Notes: generated by a model not told the origin, from the letters alone. Shown: positions 37,981 to 53,644, counted from the stretch's first letter. The stretch is DNA of 64,000 nucleotides from Octopus vulgaris (GCA_951406725.2 OX597816.1:113646001-113710000), one strand, 5' to 3'. Program-made: numbers and translations.

Positions 37981-40929
37981 TTCATATGTTATTTGAAGTT
38001 GTTTCCTGATTCTTTATGCTCATGTTTGCTGGAAACTACAAGCAAAGAAACTGTAGTTGTGGGGAGAAAGAACAGAACAAAAATATTTCATTTGGTGTTT
38101 TTGGAAACACCTCTTCTTCAGATTACAAACCAATATATTTTTTTCTATTAGATGCATGGACAGTCGAAAGACTTCAGCATCAACTTCTCAAACTTATTCA
38201 ATTTTTAGAACTTCAATGGTATATCTTTTGGCTAGTACAGAACACCCCAACCAGTTACCTGGAATTCTTGAATTTTTTTGGTTTTTTGGTTTTGGCAAAT
38301 TAAGAAGTATTCCAACTTCTTGATAGTATACTGTTTATATCTACTGGCTTATCTTACTTGTCATCCATTATGCATTTACCCCAAGTTGTTCACATGGCAT
38401 GAGTTATGTTTCAGATATTTGTATTAGGGAGTCAATTCACTGAGATGCAACAGCAGGTGTCCCTTACATTCTTTAAGTACTGTGATTCTAAAAATCTTTC
38501 CTTAACATGGAATTCTGTAATGCAAAATCTCTTTCAGTATTGGCTTCCATGTTACATAATATGTTACATAATATAGAAGTCAGCAGGAAAATAAATTTCA
38601 CATCAAAGATTTCCAAGACTTTTTCAGGAACATGACACTTCTCTAATGCAGAGTTTTCTTTTGAACTCTGATTCTCAAATAAACATCATGTATAATTTAA
38701 ACATTTTTATCATAATGATTTTTTTACAATTAATTAACCATAATGCTAGTCAGTTCTTCATGTAACTCTTGTTTGAAATCAACTATACAAGATTTTAAGT
38801 TTCTACAATTCCATGTAGTTTTGTATTCTAAATCTATTTCCACATTCAGTAATATAAGTACTATTAATGCAGTCATTTGACCTGTTAAACATAGCAGATA
38901 AATCCCCTTTAAATCACATGCTACTATCTTATAAAAGAAAGGACACACTGACTGCATAATATCATTTGAAATGCCAGAAAGGAAAGGATGGTGTGTATTT
39001 CAATGTAGGTCTATTTAATCAGGGATGACATGTTGCTCTACAAAACCAAGTAAGAACCTCCTTGTGGTTGTTCTACCAGTTAGATATAGCACCCCAAAAT
39101 CTCTGTCAAATAACAATGTCTGAAACAAGAAAGAACATGGAAGATCACAAAGTCCTTGACAGAGCCATCTTAGCAAATTATAAGCTTTCAGATGAAGGAG
39201 TGCTATTGTGCCTACAATATTTATCGACAGTAAACCACTGCATACATAGATTAGAACTGGGTCCCTAAACTCATGTCAACTAAAGGTAACTGTCTGGTGT
39301 ACCCATGCTTTAAAACAGCTCTCATTCTAAGCATACTATTTCTGAAATAAGAAGGAATTGTTACAATTGGAATACCTTTAAGCACAGGTGTGTTCTGTTG
39401 GGCTAGCCTGAGGCTAAAATCACTTGTAAATGACTTTCTCTCTAGTTAAATAATGTGATGTCTAATTTATCTCTGCTTTGTATACCATAGTGAATAATAA
39501 TCACTCATCTTAAACTTTACAGAAAGTATGCCATACTGTGACATATAATTTGATTATAAAGATTTCTTCAGTCTATTAATCATGATATTAATTATTTGCA
39601 TTTATTGATTGATTCTTATTTGACTCTAAAATATTTAAGTTCTTAAAGTTCTGTAGTTCCTAGACTTTTAATAGATCATTAGATAAGAGATCATGTTTTC
39701 TGTCTTCTTTCAAGGAAAGAAGAAATACCATTTTACTTCAACTATTTGAACTGTAATATACTATGGATTGTCCAATTTGATAACCGCAACTGTTGCAAGA
39801 GTAAAAATACTTTACACCCAGCATCCCAATATGCTGCAAACTATTGATTCCAAAAATGTATCAAAGGTCCATCTCGAGCCATTGGCTCATAAGGCTGGCT
39901 TCTCAGATTCTGTTATATATATTTCTCCAATGGATGGGATGCAGTCCATTGCAGGATTATTCAATTTTGCCAGCTGAGTAGACAGAAGCAACATAAAAAT
40001 GAAATGTTTGGCTCAAAGACACAACACATCACCCTGTCACAGAATCAAAACTACAATCGTAAAATCATGAGTGCAACTCCCAAACCACAAAACTACATTC
40101 CTCCAAAAACTACTGATTAGTTCCTGGGAACCTTATAACCAAGTATGTTACAGTTCACAAATGAATGATATAAATGAAAAAAGTTTTAGAAGTCAAATTA
40201 CTTAGGAATTACTTAATTAGTTAGTTGTTAGAGAAATGTTCCCCTTCTTTTATTAATGTCTAAGTAAAGATTGAAATTAATATTGTGAAAACACAAATCA
40301 AGAATTTTAGTTTCTTTGTCACTTTGTTTAAAGTCAAAAAATGAATTCCATGGTGTCTTTTTATTGCAAAAAGTTCGTGTTTAAAAAAATCCTACATCAT
40401 AATAGTAAAGATTGATCAGATATATGAACATTAAAGATGAACTGAATAGTCTCATTAATTTCTAATTCTCCAGTAAAGTTTCATCTCAGAAATATAAATA
40501 AATAAAAGTTATTTTTCTGAATTTCTTTATAAACCTCATAAAGATAAGGCTTTTAAGATTCAATTGAATATATTCTTCAAATAGAAGATTCAAGTTAAAG
40601 AATTATGAAAATATTTCTTTATGTATATATATATATAAATAATTTTTAACTGACACATATTTCATATTTATATGCATTAGTCATCATTGACCAATTTCAA
40701 TAGATACCATAATGAGGAACAGCTTATTTCTCTAGTTTTACTTACTTGTCTCTCCATATGTTGACAAACATGCCACCATTTATAGATTTGAGGACTTAGT
40801 TTGTCTGGGAATAACCAACAAGTGCATTATAAAGCATAAAATGTTGCACATAGGGCAAATATTGTTAGAACTTTGCATTAGTTGTTTTAAACTTTTGTAG
40901 TTCCTTCTTTTCAGCTTGTCACATCTTAG

Positions 40930-41281
40930 CTTGTTCTGATGCTATGGCACTTTTTAAGAGGCTTCACTAGATAAATCACTCTATAAGAAAGCTTTCCCAT
41001 GACACTAGATTGATACTGAAGTTTTTCAAAGAAGCCTTGAAAGTGTTAGGGAAGCCTTTTAACATTTATGCCGTCCACAGGCCAAACATTTCTCCCCATC
41101 CAACTTGCAAAGAAAAGACATTTTGAAGGGTGTTAGTCATCCATTTGGGGAAAGTGAATAGCCTCACACAGCTTGGTTCTGCATTTGAGATGTAAATGGG
41201 AATGATGGGTAATACTATTTAAGGGCCTCAACACCGGGGACCTTGTCCTACCAGTGAACATATAGTATTTTGTACAAGCAA
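40930..41281 (-). pseudogene. Old RTE-BovB-type ORF2 fragment
   Basis: Minus: CLYKILYVHW*DKVPGVEAL...MDD*HPSKCLFF...FPNTFKASLKNFSINLVSWE, resembling CLRRIL.I.WQDKVP..EVL and FKDTLKASLK.F.I...WE. Confidence 0.65.
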
Positions 41282-43719
41282 TTCAAATAATATACTGAGC
41301 TTTAAATTATTTTTTTTTTGTTTTTTTTTTGGCATACTGTTTCATTAGCTTATTAAAACTCAGCTTAATTTGGGGACTGAGAAATTTTCTCTCCTAGATG
41401 CTTTCACACTCACTGTAATCAACATATGTTTCCCTACCTTAAAATTCTGAGCTCAAATCCTCAGATAGTTAAAGTTGGAAAAACACAATTTACTGAAATC
41501 AATAAAACTAATCATGAATTGATGAATGCATCTGATTAAGAAGAAAAAAATTTGAATAATATAGGCTATACACTCTATTTATTACACTTGTATGAGAAAA
41601 ATATTGATTGATTAATTGATTGGTTGATTGATTTATAATAACCTTATATGTATTTAAGTTCATTTTGAGAACTTCTGCCATCACAAAAATTTTGAAATTC
41701 CTGTAGGTACTAACCCAGGTCATTTCATTTTAAGTTGACCTTTTCATAAACATTTGTCCCGTAGAACCAGTGATAAAAGTAAAATCCAGAATTCAAGGAC
41801 ACTCTGCTGTTATATATATTGAGCATACACTATATTTTAATATTTTCAAAAAATAGCTTCGTTTTTTGTAGGGGGGGAAATATAACATTTCTTAATTGCA
41901 TTAGCAGTCAGAAACAATTCATTAGTTAAGCATGCGATAGATAACCTTAATCAATGCAATTCACTTTAAAATATTTAAAGTCATGTTTTATTCAAATAAC
42001 AACACTGTCACTAGTGTGTACAGGTGTGATGCATTTCTATTTATGAATGCAATGTATACATATGTTTCTGCGTGTCTATATATGTACGCATGTATCAGTG
42101 TGTGCATGTGTGTGGACAATGAATAGATTAGATTTAAAATTTTTGCTGAAGAAGTAACTTTGTTTCATGTGAAAGGCCTTGTTTTTAAATGCACTCGCTG
42201 TGTTGAATATTTTGCTAGAAATTCAATTAAAGAAGTTCCATGAAATTACTGTTTAGCACTTAATGTAGAATGCAATTAATAATTGTCAGTGTGTAAGAAG
42301 AAAATATTGATAAAAATGATATAATACATAAATATATGTGTAGTTTATTCATTGAATGCGAAGTGACATTACTGTTGTAATATTTAGAAATTATTGTTTA
42401 TACAAACTGTTGAGTCTTTCATATTTATACTTCTTTCCTTTAAAAATTATAGATTGTTTGTGAGAACTTATAAGCAAACGAAAGGAAATATCCACCTCCA
42501 TCGCTGTTGCTGAGGCTACTACCACTGCCAACACCACTGCCACTGCAACAGTTTTCACTGTTGCTGCCACCACCACCATCAACAGAAAATAAGAGTTAAA
42601 AAAGGAATTCTCTGTAGCGTTTTCTCAAATATGTTCATACAATTTACTCATATTTTAGATTGTAGCATCTGTATCTTTATCAGGTTGCAGGCAAATGAAA
42701 GAACTTTTTAAAAGCAAAATTGTATTAAAATTAGGGAACAAAAAGAAAAAAAGAAACTATTTTTGAATTCAAGTGAGCTCTCTGTGAATGTACTGCAAAT
42801 AAAGCAGCTACCAAAATGTTATGATACTTACTTGTCTGAAAAGTTAATATTTTTCTGATGAATATAGAATGAATCTAAAAGAAATGCTAATTATTTTTTC
42901 TCATTTTCTATAATTTCCCATCTTCTGTCTATATTGATGGGATAAAATTTACCTATTTGAACAATTATATATTTACTATATATTTTTACATCTGGAAACA
43001 TCTTTCTATCACAGACTCAGATATGAAATTAGAACATGTCAGTCAGACAAACTGGTTTAAGCACAATTATGAACCTTGACAAGACATGTCATGTTATGAC
43101 TATTAACTTTTTAGTGGTGCAGCATCTTACTCATGTTGTGATTCTGTTTCCTTGGCATCTTCAGTTTCTGAAAATAACAAGTTTTTGTTTTTATTATTAT
43201 AAAAGACACAATAGTAAGCACTTTTGTATGATGGCTCTCAAGCCAGTAGGGTAACAACTAGTAGGGTAAAACCAGCTGCTGTTGTTTAATTCCAAGTCAT
43301 TTTGAGTAAGCAAATTTATGATGAAAGTAAAGAACTTCAGTTTTTATAAATATATAGATCTAAGCATTAGTTATTAAAGAAATATTACTGACAGTTTGTG
43401 TCATCTGGATCTTTTTCAATATCTGAAAGAGTATGTCTCAAATTATGTTTTCTCTGTTTAACACTGACATTTTGGTATTAACGATGATTTCTAATGTAAG
43501 CACAAGGTAAGCTTGAAATCTGGAAGAGACTTCCCTTATACATAGTACTTAACTTTATTTTATTGGTGCAGAAAGAATGAAAGGGAAAATTGACTTCATC
43601 AGGATTTAAACTTAAAAGTATAAAAAGTAATTACTAGATACCTCAAAGTATTTTGACTGATGCTCTGCCAATTCTGTCAATTCAATACTCTTAATTTGAA
43701 GTTAATATTAAATGTATGT

Positions 43720-43927
43720 AAGGTGGCAAGCCAACAATCGTTAGCACCCAAGGCAAAATATTGAGTCTCATTTCATCTATTTTTATATTCTGAGTTCAAA
43801 TCCTGCTGAGGTTGACTTTACATCCTTTTAGGGTTAATAAAATAAATAACTGTTGAACACTGGAGTCGATGTAATTGACTTACTCCCTGCCCTGAAATTG
43901 CTGGCTTTGTGCCAGAATTTGAAATCA
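43720..43927 (+). mobile_element. SINE family B
   Basis: aaggtggcaag...ttctgagttcaaatcctgctgaggttgacttt...cctgaaattgctggctttgtgccagaatttgaaatc. Confidence 0.8.
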
Positions 43928-46900
43928 ATATTAAATGTATATATTGGGATTATTACAAATTCAAAGAAGATCATGGCAAACCACTTAACCTCTCTTTTAA
44001 ACTGTAAATTAAGTCAGTTGTCATTCATCAGACAACTAATTTCAGTTAAGATACTTATCTTTGAATAGAAGTAAACAAAAATAAATAGTCTCTGTATGGA
44101 ACTTGGGGAAAATGGAAATTTATTTAGGTCAAAGTCTAGGAATTACCACACAGAAAGAATAAACATAATTTTGAAATGTTTGCCCTTATTGTGAATATAG
44201 ACAAACTGTTTTCTTCTTCATGGGACTAACAAAAATTACAATTGTATTAGAAAATACACATTATTTTATATAAGTATATACAGGAATTAATTGATATTTA
44301 TCTCATTTACTAATTCTTTCATTTACTATCCTATTATTTGTCTTAAAGATTTTTAATTATGTTTGAAATGATATTTTTACAACTATCTAAGGAAAGACAT
44401 TTGACTGTATTAAGAATTTCTCTGTTTCAAAATACACATTTTGTAAATATTTATAATTATTTATTTGATTTTTAACAATTAAAGTGATTATACTTAAAAT
44501 TTTAAATAGAAAATTTGGACCAAACTACTTATATTGATTAATATCCACAAACTTCTTTCTCTGTTGGAAAGTCATTTCAGCTTATGTATCAAATAGTATT
44601 TTCTTTTAAACTTAAAATTAATTGAAACTTAATTTCCAAACCAAATGTTTTTATTATACCATTTGCTTATTCTGTCTAGGAATTGTTATTTTTTCAATAT
44701 TACATTTGAAAATACAAGCCCATAGCAATGCTAAAACATTACAAATTGAAATTTTCATATAAATATCCTTGGGTATTAGAATCCATTTTTAGAAACAAAT
44801 GCATTGACAGGAAATACAGAATATGAAATATTTACACTCCTACAAGCAGAATAGAAGGCATTTAATTCTATAAAATAAATAAAACCAAAAATTTATTTAT
44901 TGAAGAATCAGATAATAAAGAGGCATAACTCTTTTCATAAATTTACTTGTGGTTTGAATTTGAGAGCAAAATATATCTTTTAGCCATAAATATCCACATC
45001 AAAAATAGTAAATATATCACTTTTATTCCCACAAACAAATGTCAAAATCCTAACAGTAGAAATGAGTTGGCTTTTAATATAATCTTTTAAAACGCAAACA
45101 ACATTTTGAAATTTCTTAAAATATAACAAAAAAGAAAAAATATTGATGAGAAAATGAACAGAAGAGAACTTTTGATAAATACTGACAGCTTTCATACAGG
45201 TAATAGAATTTATATTAATATAAAACAAACCTACCTGAAAAATTTACTGATAGAGAATCCTTCAATTGGGGTAGAAAAGAATTGCTTCTATAAACTTTCT
45301 CCAGCATCAATAAACATAAATTAGTTTGCCTTGATGCCAATGTGTCTTAATACAATAAAGAATAGACAATATTAATAGAAGACTAAGAATTAAATAAAAT
45401 AAAATTTTTAGATTAAGATGAAAACTCTCTCTAACTATCATTTTTATTATGATATATGTAGCTTACAGGTAAATACTGCTTTGGTGAGTTTAGAGCTGTT
45501 GTTGACCAAAATTAATATTTATTTATATATTTATTTTTCAGCACAAAGCTACAAACTGGGATACAATGTTTATCTCTTGTCTCAAGTGAATATTGTCAAC
45601 AGCTAACCACCAAAATAGATATTTTAGCAGTATTTACTTCTAGCCATCTGTTTTACTTGTCAGAATCACTCTAGGGATAAACTTTATTTTTTGTCTCTCT
45701 AGGACTTGATTAGCCAAAATTGAGCAGACCTAAGTCAAAGACACTTCATCCAAAACACCTGACTCATCTTTTTCCAGGTATAATTCATTGGGACTACATT
45801 AATCAATGTGTTCTTCATGATGGTGGCACATATTTTGAGGGAGATTTGTCTACTATTTATAATTAGTCAAGTGACCCCCACAGAGGCTCCATCATTGGTG
45901 TATAACATACTGTGTTGTTTCAAGCTATGTGTTTTGTAACAAAATTTGGTCCAAATAAATCTACATTTATTAAAGATAACTTAGTAACCTTTTATTTGTA
46001 TCGTTTGTTGTGCCAAGTTATTAAACTTTTATAAATATATTTATTTAGAAGTTGGTATGATCTTTGCTAATCATTTCTCATCTTATTTTCCATGTTTGAT
46101 TATTATTTTTTTCATATTCAAGTTAACTACCCCAAGATCAACACTATTAATAAATTATCAGTTTGCCAATTCCAATATTTTAAGTAAACCAAAAAAGCCA
46201 GTGAATCCTTCAATTTAGTGAGTCATATTTTCTCACTGGAGTTAAGTGTCACTACAAGAAATCTACATAATTATTTTCATTCATTGGCTTGTTCCTTTAA
46301 CGTTTTTCCATGCTAGCATGTTTGTGAATGGAAAGCTATTTGAAGCAGAATTTTACTATTGGATGCTCTTCCTGTCACCAACTCTCACCAGCTTTTCAAG
46401 TAAAACTTTATTTTCTTCAATATTTACTCTTTAGTTTTAATCATACATGAAAATTTGCTCTGCCCCAAACACATGTACATTCTGGAGCAAGACCTTCAAA
46501 ATATTTTGCACTTCATAAGCTTTCATTCTCCAATCCTGTGCACATCACCCAGTCATATTCTTTCCTGTGTTTGTTTAGATGGCTCATTTTCAACTGAAGC
46601 AACTTAAAATAGAATGTATTGTCCAATGCCATGTTGAACTATTTGGTCAGGGAATCAGACCCATAGCCTTATGAGTGATCATAAGTTCAAAAGGTTAACA
46701 CTAGCTGTTAACCTTATTATATTGATTTCTTTTAAATAAATACTAAACTAATTTTTGTGCAAAAAATGTAAAGTTGATTAAACCAAGTAATTTGTTTATA
46801 TTTATTCTGTCAATTCTGGTGGATATATAACAAAGGCTGACTCTGTTATTTAGATGTTGGAGTTAAAACTAAATGCCTGAATGAATAAAATTTGGGGCTG

Positions 46901-49900
46901 TGTCATTTCTCTCAAGATAAGTTCCTCATTATTCCTTATAGTTTATATTTTTATATCGTAGAAGTATTATGATGATAACCAATCTTTTGTGATATATATT
47001 ATCTGAAAGAGCCAACCTTAAATGATGCCTCTATGTGGTTGTTTGAACTGCTAAAAAGCTTAAAATAACAGCTAAATATTCTTCAAAGGCAAACACATTA
47101 AATAATATTGCTCTAGATACACCTTTCTTGAAATCAAGACTGAGTTGTCATGGCTAGAATGCCTTTGATAATGTCTGCTCTGTTAAGACTACTAAACAAC
47201 AACAGTGTCATTTTAAAGTGTAAATCCCCTGACATAATTTTTCATGTGTTACTTATTATGTGAAAGTTAATTTGTTATTGTCAAAATTACAAATATGGTG
47301 AAAAATAAAGGAAATATTCAAGAATATATCCATTTATTGTCTTCTATACTTTACTTGGTATTTAGTGGTGCTAACTCAGGATCTTTGTTATATTTATTAC
47401 TGACATTTGCTTTGGTTTTCCTTATTTTTTCCATATCACTTTAATCCTATAAACTTCTTAGTTATTTTTAAATATGAGAAAACATTGACACCTTCACATC
47501 TTCAAAATGTTATTGCTCTTACTATTTCTTGAATTTTTGGTAATAAATCTATTACTAGCTTTTATTCTAGTTTAATCTTCTTTCTTAATTACTGCTGTAC
47601 TTTTAAAATTCACTGTAAAATCCAAACATATTTTCAAATTTACTTTTTATATTTCCAGTTTTATTATATGAAAATCAAGACATTTCAAGTTGAACGCATA
47701 TCATATGTTGGTTATAGGATCTAAAGCAGATTAAGAAAATAATTCTTCTTTTTGGCACTAGGAATTTTCAATTCACCCAAAAAGATATTATGAAGAAAAT
47801 ATAATTGAAATATTTTCATGACCTGAAAATTCTTTATTTTCATCTTAGGTGCATCTTTCTTTTTATCATCAGTGTATCATACAAGTTATTTCCAATTTCT
47901 ATTCCCTTAGTGGATGAATTTATAAAATTCTCTTAGTTTTTCATTTGGTATCAATTTTTCTATGATACAATAGATTGAACTTCAAATTCCTACATTTATT
48001 TGTATTTGATTATTCTTCAAGTTGAATTGCTGTGGGAAACTTTTTAAAAATGTTTTTATTCAATTGAGTGGTCAATGCTTGTTGGCTTTTAAAGTCATCT
48101 ATGATGATACAGCACCTTTTTATTTTGATTTTTCTTTCTGAGTCTGTGTTTCATTGGAAACACAATTTTAGCTTCTTTGAAGAAATTGCACATACTTTCA
48201 TTTGCTATATTTTACAATATTATAGTCTCAGAATTTGAGCTAAGAGGAATTTTTTTTTAGAAGCCTGGTTCCAAAAAATAAGAAGAAAGCTACTCCAAGA
48301 TGTATGCTAAAATGAATATTATAAACAGATTTGCAAAAGACATAAAGGTCCAATGAGCATTGAAAAACAAAATTTTGTTTCATATATAAGAAATTTTGCT
48401 TCATATATAAGTAAACACACGATCATTAAAACATAGAAAAAAAATAACAAAAAGATAAATTAAAAGGGAAGAAAATTCCAACACTCGTCTGTAGTCTAAG
48501 CTTCTTCATGCTACCATATACTATCTACAATTTCAGAAGTCTGGTAAAGATGAAGCAGTGTCTTAAAAGAAGCAATTATTCTAAACGAACATTGATAAAT
48601 ATATATTTTGCATTGTTTAATCATTTATTTATTTGGTTTTTGTTTTTGTTTTTTATTATTAATCAATATATAATAGAAAATAGAAGAAATATTTTAAAAG
48701 GAAAATACTATTTATTTGAAAAACAGTTTTGATAAATTCAATTCTAATTTAAACAACAATTAATGTTTATTTTCATATTTCTGACAAATTGGATTAATTT
48801 CATATGTTTTAGAAGGTTCTTATTTCTTCTCTTGAAAACTGAATATTCTTAAATGTGAAAACCTATGCATGTATATATTTAAGGACAAAACTGTGTTTTA
48901 AAAATCAATACATGAGGCACTGGCTTGAGAGGAGTGGCTTAGCAGTAACCAACAAGAACAAAACAACGAGCTTTTCAATTAGTGAGTAAAATGAATATTG
49001 TAAAAACTTAAATTACAATCAAAATATTTTTATACAATCTTCCATAATATAATGAACATTGTTTAAAGTTATATGTTTCTGAAATTAATTCAAATGGAAA
49101 GTATCTTTCATATCAGTGTTATGACTATGATAACTATTAAGTCATGACTTGTTATAGATATTTACATGGAAAAATGTGTATAGTATAGTCCCACATTTAT
49201 TTGCATGTATGTAAATGTGTGCATGAGCATGTGTATATTTAAATGTGTAAGTTTCTATGCATTTATATGTGTGTGTGTGTGTTTTGTGCTCACCTCTTTT
49301 ACCTTCTTTTTGTATATGTCTGTGAGCCAACTATATAGCACTTTTGTTGTTGTGCTGTTTAAGTGTTATTTTCTTACATCAGAATGCTAAATATAATTTG
49401 AGTGATGAGGTATTTATGATTATGTAAGATAGAAAGATGTGTTAAGGGAGTAAAAGATGAATCTTTTTCAGATGAGTTGCTTAAAAACAAGTAGGGGATA
49501 GAGATAGTGGTGGGTAGTGTTATTAGGTTTATGGCTATAAGAATAGGGTTTATTGATATTGATAGTATTAATTGTCGCAGTTGTCAAGGAAAATGTACTG
49601 CTGCTTTTTCAGCTGCTGCTAACATTGATGATGGTTGTGATACTGATGATGACAATGACAACAAAATCTGAAGCAAATCATTACAAGAATGCACAACATG
49701 TAAAAAAATTGTGATGTAGAGATAGAAAGTGCATTTCTAAAGCTCAGTTAAAATCAATAATTCAGAAGACCAGATAGGTTGAAATGAATTTAAGACAAGC
49801 AATTGGCACCAGCAGCCTAGAGTAGGTAAATGTGGCCTAACATAGAGATAGCTTTAGCTGTAGCTCCACTCTGACATCATGAGAAAATGAATTAGCTTCT

Positions 49901-50058
49901 GGTGTTTAAAAAAAGAAACAAACGAAAAAAAAAGCAGCAGATTTTATTTTGTCTTTCTATTGATATCAGAAAGCCTAACTGGTCTTTCTGAAATGCATAC
50001 ATACATATATACATACATACATACATACATACATACATACATACATACATACATACAT

Positions 50059-50109
<51 letters not shown>

Positions 50110-50585
50110 GTGTGCGTATGTGTGTTGTATCTGTTTGTGTTGATGCATACATACACAGATACATACACACACGTGTATATCATCATCACCATCATTATCA
50201 TTTAATATCTGTATCCCATGCTGGCATGGGTTGGATGATTTGATAAGATGTTAAATGTTGATGATGATGATGATGATGATGGTCATGGTGATGATATGTG
50301 TGTGTGTGTATCTATGCATATGTATACATATATATGTGGGGTAGGGTTAGTGGTTAGCATTTTACACTCCTGATCATTAGATTGTAGTTTCAAGTCCAGG
50401 GCTAAGCAATATATTGTTCTCTTGAGCAAAACACTTCATTTCACACTATTTCCAAATGAGTAATCCTGCAATGGACTGGCATCCTATCCAGGGTTGAGAG
50501 TATATATGCTATATGCTACAGAATCTGGGAAACCAGCCTTAGGAGCCTATGGTTCAGGAATGAACTTTGATCATTTTGATACATA

Positions 50586-51072
50586 TCTTTTACTTGTTTC
50601 ACTCATTAGACAGTGGCCATGCTGGGCCACTGCATTGAATATTTAGTTGAATCAATCAAGCCTGATACTTACTCCATTGATCCCTTTTGCTGAACTGCTA
50701 AGTTGCAGGGGTGTAAACACACCAACACCTGGTTGTTAAGCAGTGGTGGTAGTGTGGGATGGGACAAACACAGTCACAAAGATGTGCGCATACACACACA
50801 CACATACACACACACACCTATTTGTGTTTGTATGTATATATATATGTATATATATATATATATGTGTATATGTATGTGTATATGCATATATATATGTATA
50901 TGTATATATATGACAAGCTCTTTCAGTTCCCATCTACCAAATCCATTCACAATGTTTTGATTGATCTGAGGCTATAGTAGAAGACACTTGCCCAAGGTGC
51001 CATGCAGTAGGACAGAACTTGGAACTGTGTGGTTGGGAAGCAAGCTTCTTACCATGCATCGATGCCTTCACC
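50586..51072 (-). mobile_element. SINE family A
   Basis: Complete motifs with a central microsatellite. Confidence 0.85.
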
Positions 51073-51122
51073 TGTATATAGTTTAAAGTACAACTTATAC
51101 TTTTTTTAAAACATACATACAA

Positions 51123-51323
51123 TTCCTGCAGGAACATGGGGGCTCACTCAGCAACATAGAAGTTAAAATCTTGTCCACACATAGAACAGACACAACGCTT
51201 AGACAAATTGCAGAAGCTATACACATAATAGAAGATAAACCTAGTCTGAATAGGAAACTGGAATGGAACACTAGCACACACTCCCAACACACCACAACAT
51301 ATGACAGAATAAGATCCCCATAA
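51123..51323 (+). pseudogene. Penelope-like element GIY-YIG endonuclease C-terminus (5'-truncated insertion)
   Basis: Open frame FLQEHGGSLSNIEVKILSTHRTDTTLRQIAEAIHIIEDKPSLNRKLEWNTS...*, matching the VKIL...R.I.EAI.I....PSLN motif of PLE endonucleases. Not in the ORF track because it lacks a start codon. Confidence 0.75.
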
Positions 51324-51657
51324 ACTGATAACAATATGAACAAAATATATTGCAATACACATATAAACAAATGGAATTAAATAACTATATTAAATTAAAT
51401 TAAATACAAAAAATAGGAAGAATAGAAAAAAATAAGTAGGTATAAACACAAGAACAAAACAAATAAAAACAAAGTAAACAAACGCGTATAAACAGGGGAT
51501 ACAGATATTACAGGGCCCACCCACCCCACACACACACTTACTAAACATAGACACACATCGGGATATATGCATACGCAAATAAAGACACGCAATAGGAATA
51601 CAAAATATAAAATGGCTGATCATTAGTAAGGAAAGACATACAAATAAGAAAGAAGAA

Positions 51658-51699
51658 AGCAATGATGAGGTCACAGAAGTGTGACGAAAAAATTCTGGC
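51658..51699 (+). ncRNA. Degenerate hammerhead motif in the presumed terminal repeat downstream of the PLE endonuclease
   Basis: agca-aTGATGA-g-gtcac(agaagt)gtgac-GAAA-aat-TC-tggct; C3 altered, stem II perfect. Confidence 0.55.
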
Positions 51700-51867
51700 T
51701 GAAATATGATTAATGTAAAAATAAATAAAGCTGAAGCAAATTCACACGAAATATATAGTGCATGTGTTTTATTGGTTAAACTGGCAACATGACCATCCCC
51801 AAATACAACAATATTTGTTTCAATGCATGGCTTCACATCAAGAATCTTGCAAAATGAATATATAAAC

Positions 51868-51990
<123 letters not shown>

Positions 51991-52370
51991 TGTAGGGAAA
52001 GAAAGATGAAAAAACAGGGAAGATTTTTTTACAAGACTTAAAAATGTACTTAAAACATCATGGCAACAGTATTACACAATATTACATAAAATAAGATTTT
52101 ATCCTCACTTAAACAAAATTTCTCATTTCGAATTGCTTCTAACACTCGAACTTTTAAAAGCTTCAGCGAAACTGGTCACTTTATTAGAGGAAAAAAATTT
52201 TATTTTGTATAATATTATATAATACTTTTGCCATGACAATTTAAATATATTCTTTAGTCTCGTAAAACAAATCTTCTGTGTTTTTTCCTCGAATTTCTTT
52301 CCTTATATATTCAACTACCTGTAATCACCAACCACACTTTCTCACACACTATGTATATGTCGAAGCAAGG

Positions 52371-53225
52371 TCTAGAATTGATGGGGTTTAGGACCAACCT
52401 TGCAAAAACCAAAGTTTTAGTAAGTAAGAAAGTAGGAAAGCTGTCAAACCACAATTCCCATCAGGTAGATGGCCCTGTTCGATCTGTAGAAAAGGCATGG
52501 GTAGAAACTCCATACGATGTACCTGGTGTAAGCTATGGACACATAAAAGGTGCAGCAATCAAAGGAAGGTTAACTGGGAAAATAGTTTTTGTGTGTGATA
52601 GATGCACAGGGGCAATAAACACTGAAGATGTACAGAAAACAGATTCCATCACATGCCAGGGGAGAAAGTAGTAGTTAATAGCTTTCACTACCAAGGTGAT
52701 CAAGTCTGTAGTGGGGATGGTTGCTCCGAGAGTGTAGCAGCTGGAATAAGAATAGCCTGGGCAAAGTTCAGGGAGCTCCTGCCTCTCCTGGCAACTAAGG
52801 GCCTCTCGCTCAGGATGAAAGGTAGACTGTATGATGCATGTGTGCAAACTGCCATGTTACATGGCAGTGAAACATGGGCCATGACTGCTGAGGACATGCA
52901 TAGGCTTGAAAGAAATGAAGCTGGTATGATCCACTGGATGTGTAATGTTAGTGTGCATACACAAAAGATTATAATTGCCCTGAGAGAAAAGTTGGGCATA
53001 AGAAGCATCAAATGTGGTGTGCAAGAGAGAGGACTGTGCTGGTATGGTCATGTATTCTGTTTGGATGAAGACAGCTGCATGAGGAAGTGCCACTCCTTAA
53101 CTGTGGAAGACATGGGATGAGGTGGTGAAGTATGACCTTTGAACATTGGGCTTCACTGAGGCAATGACAGGAGACTAGGACTTTTGGAGATATGCTGTGA
53201 TTGAGAAGACCTGGCAACAAAAGTG
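52371..53225 (+). mobile_element. RTE LINE, decayed 5'-truncated copy of the 55.9-58.05 kb family
   Basis: KQGLELMGFRTNLAKTKVL, frameshifted PHD-like finger, RIAWAKFRELLPLL...LYDACVQTAMLHGSETW; multiple indels. Confidence 0.9.
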
Positions 53226-53644
53226 AGATTGCAGCCACACATGTCCAGCCCTGTTAAGTATACCTCTAATGCATCAGGCAATACGATATGAAAAAAAAAT
53301 GGAGAAAGAAAAGGAAAAAACATTTTTTGTATGGATTAACAGTTCAACATAACACAATAGCCAGAAGAAAACTGTATGGAAGGGAGATAATTATGGTGAC
53401 CCAGCTGAACAAATTTATTCTCATGTGTGTATGTGTATGTGAGTGTGTATGTAAAAATGGAGGTGAGTATGTGAGTTTGTATGTGTGGCAAACTGAAAAG
53501 TAGTGAACCTGTGTGTGTATGTATGTGTGTAAGTGACCCAGTGCGTACATTATGTGGAGTGATATGTATCACATGCACTAGTATGTATGTGTGTGTGTGT
53601 GTGTGTGTGCATATGGCCATATATGTGTCAAAACATTAAATTAA

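Noticed and set aside
37608-37985. Poly-Phe ORF, or Glu/Lys-rich protein on the other strand
   Set aside because: Pure (GAA)n-type repeat.
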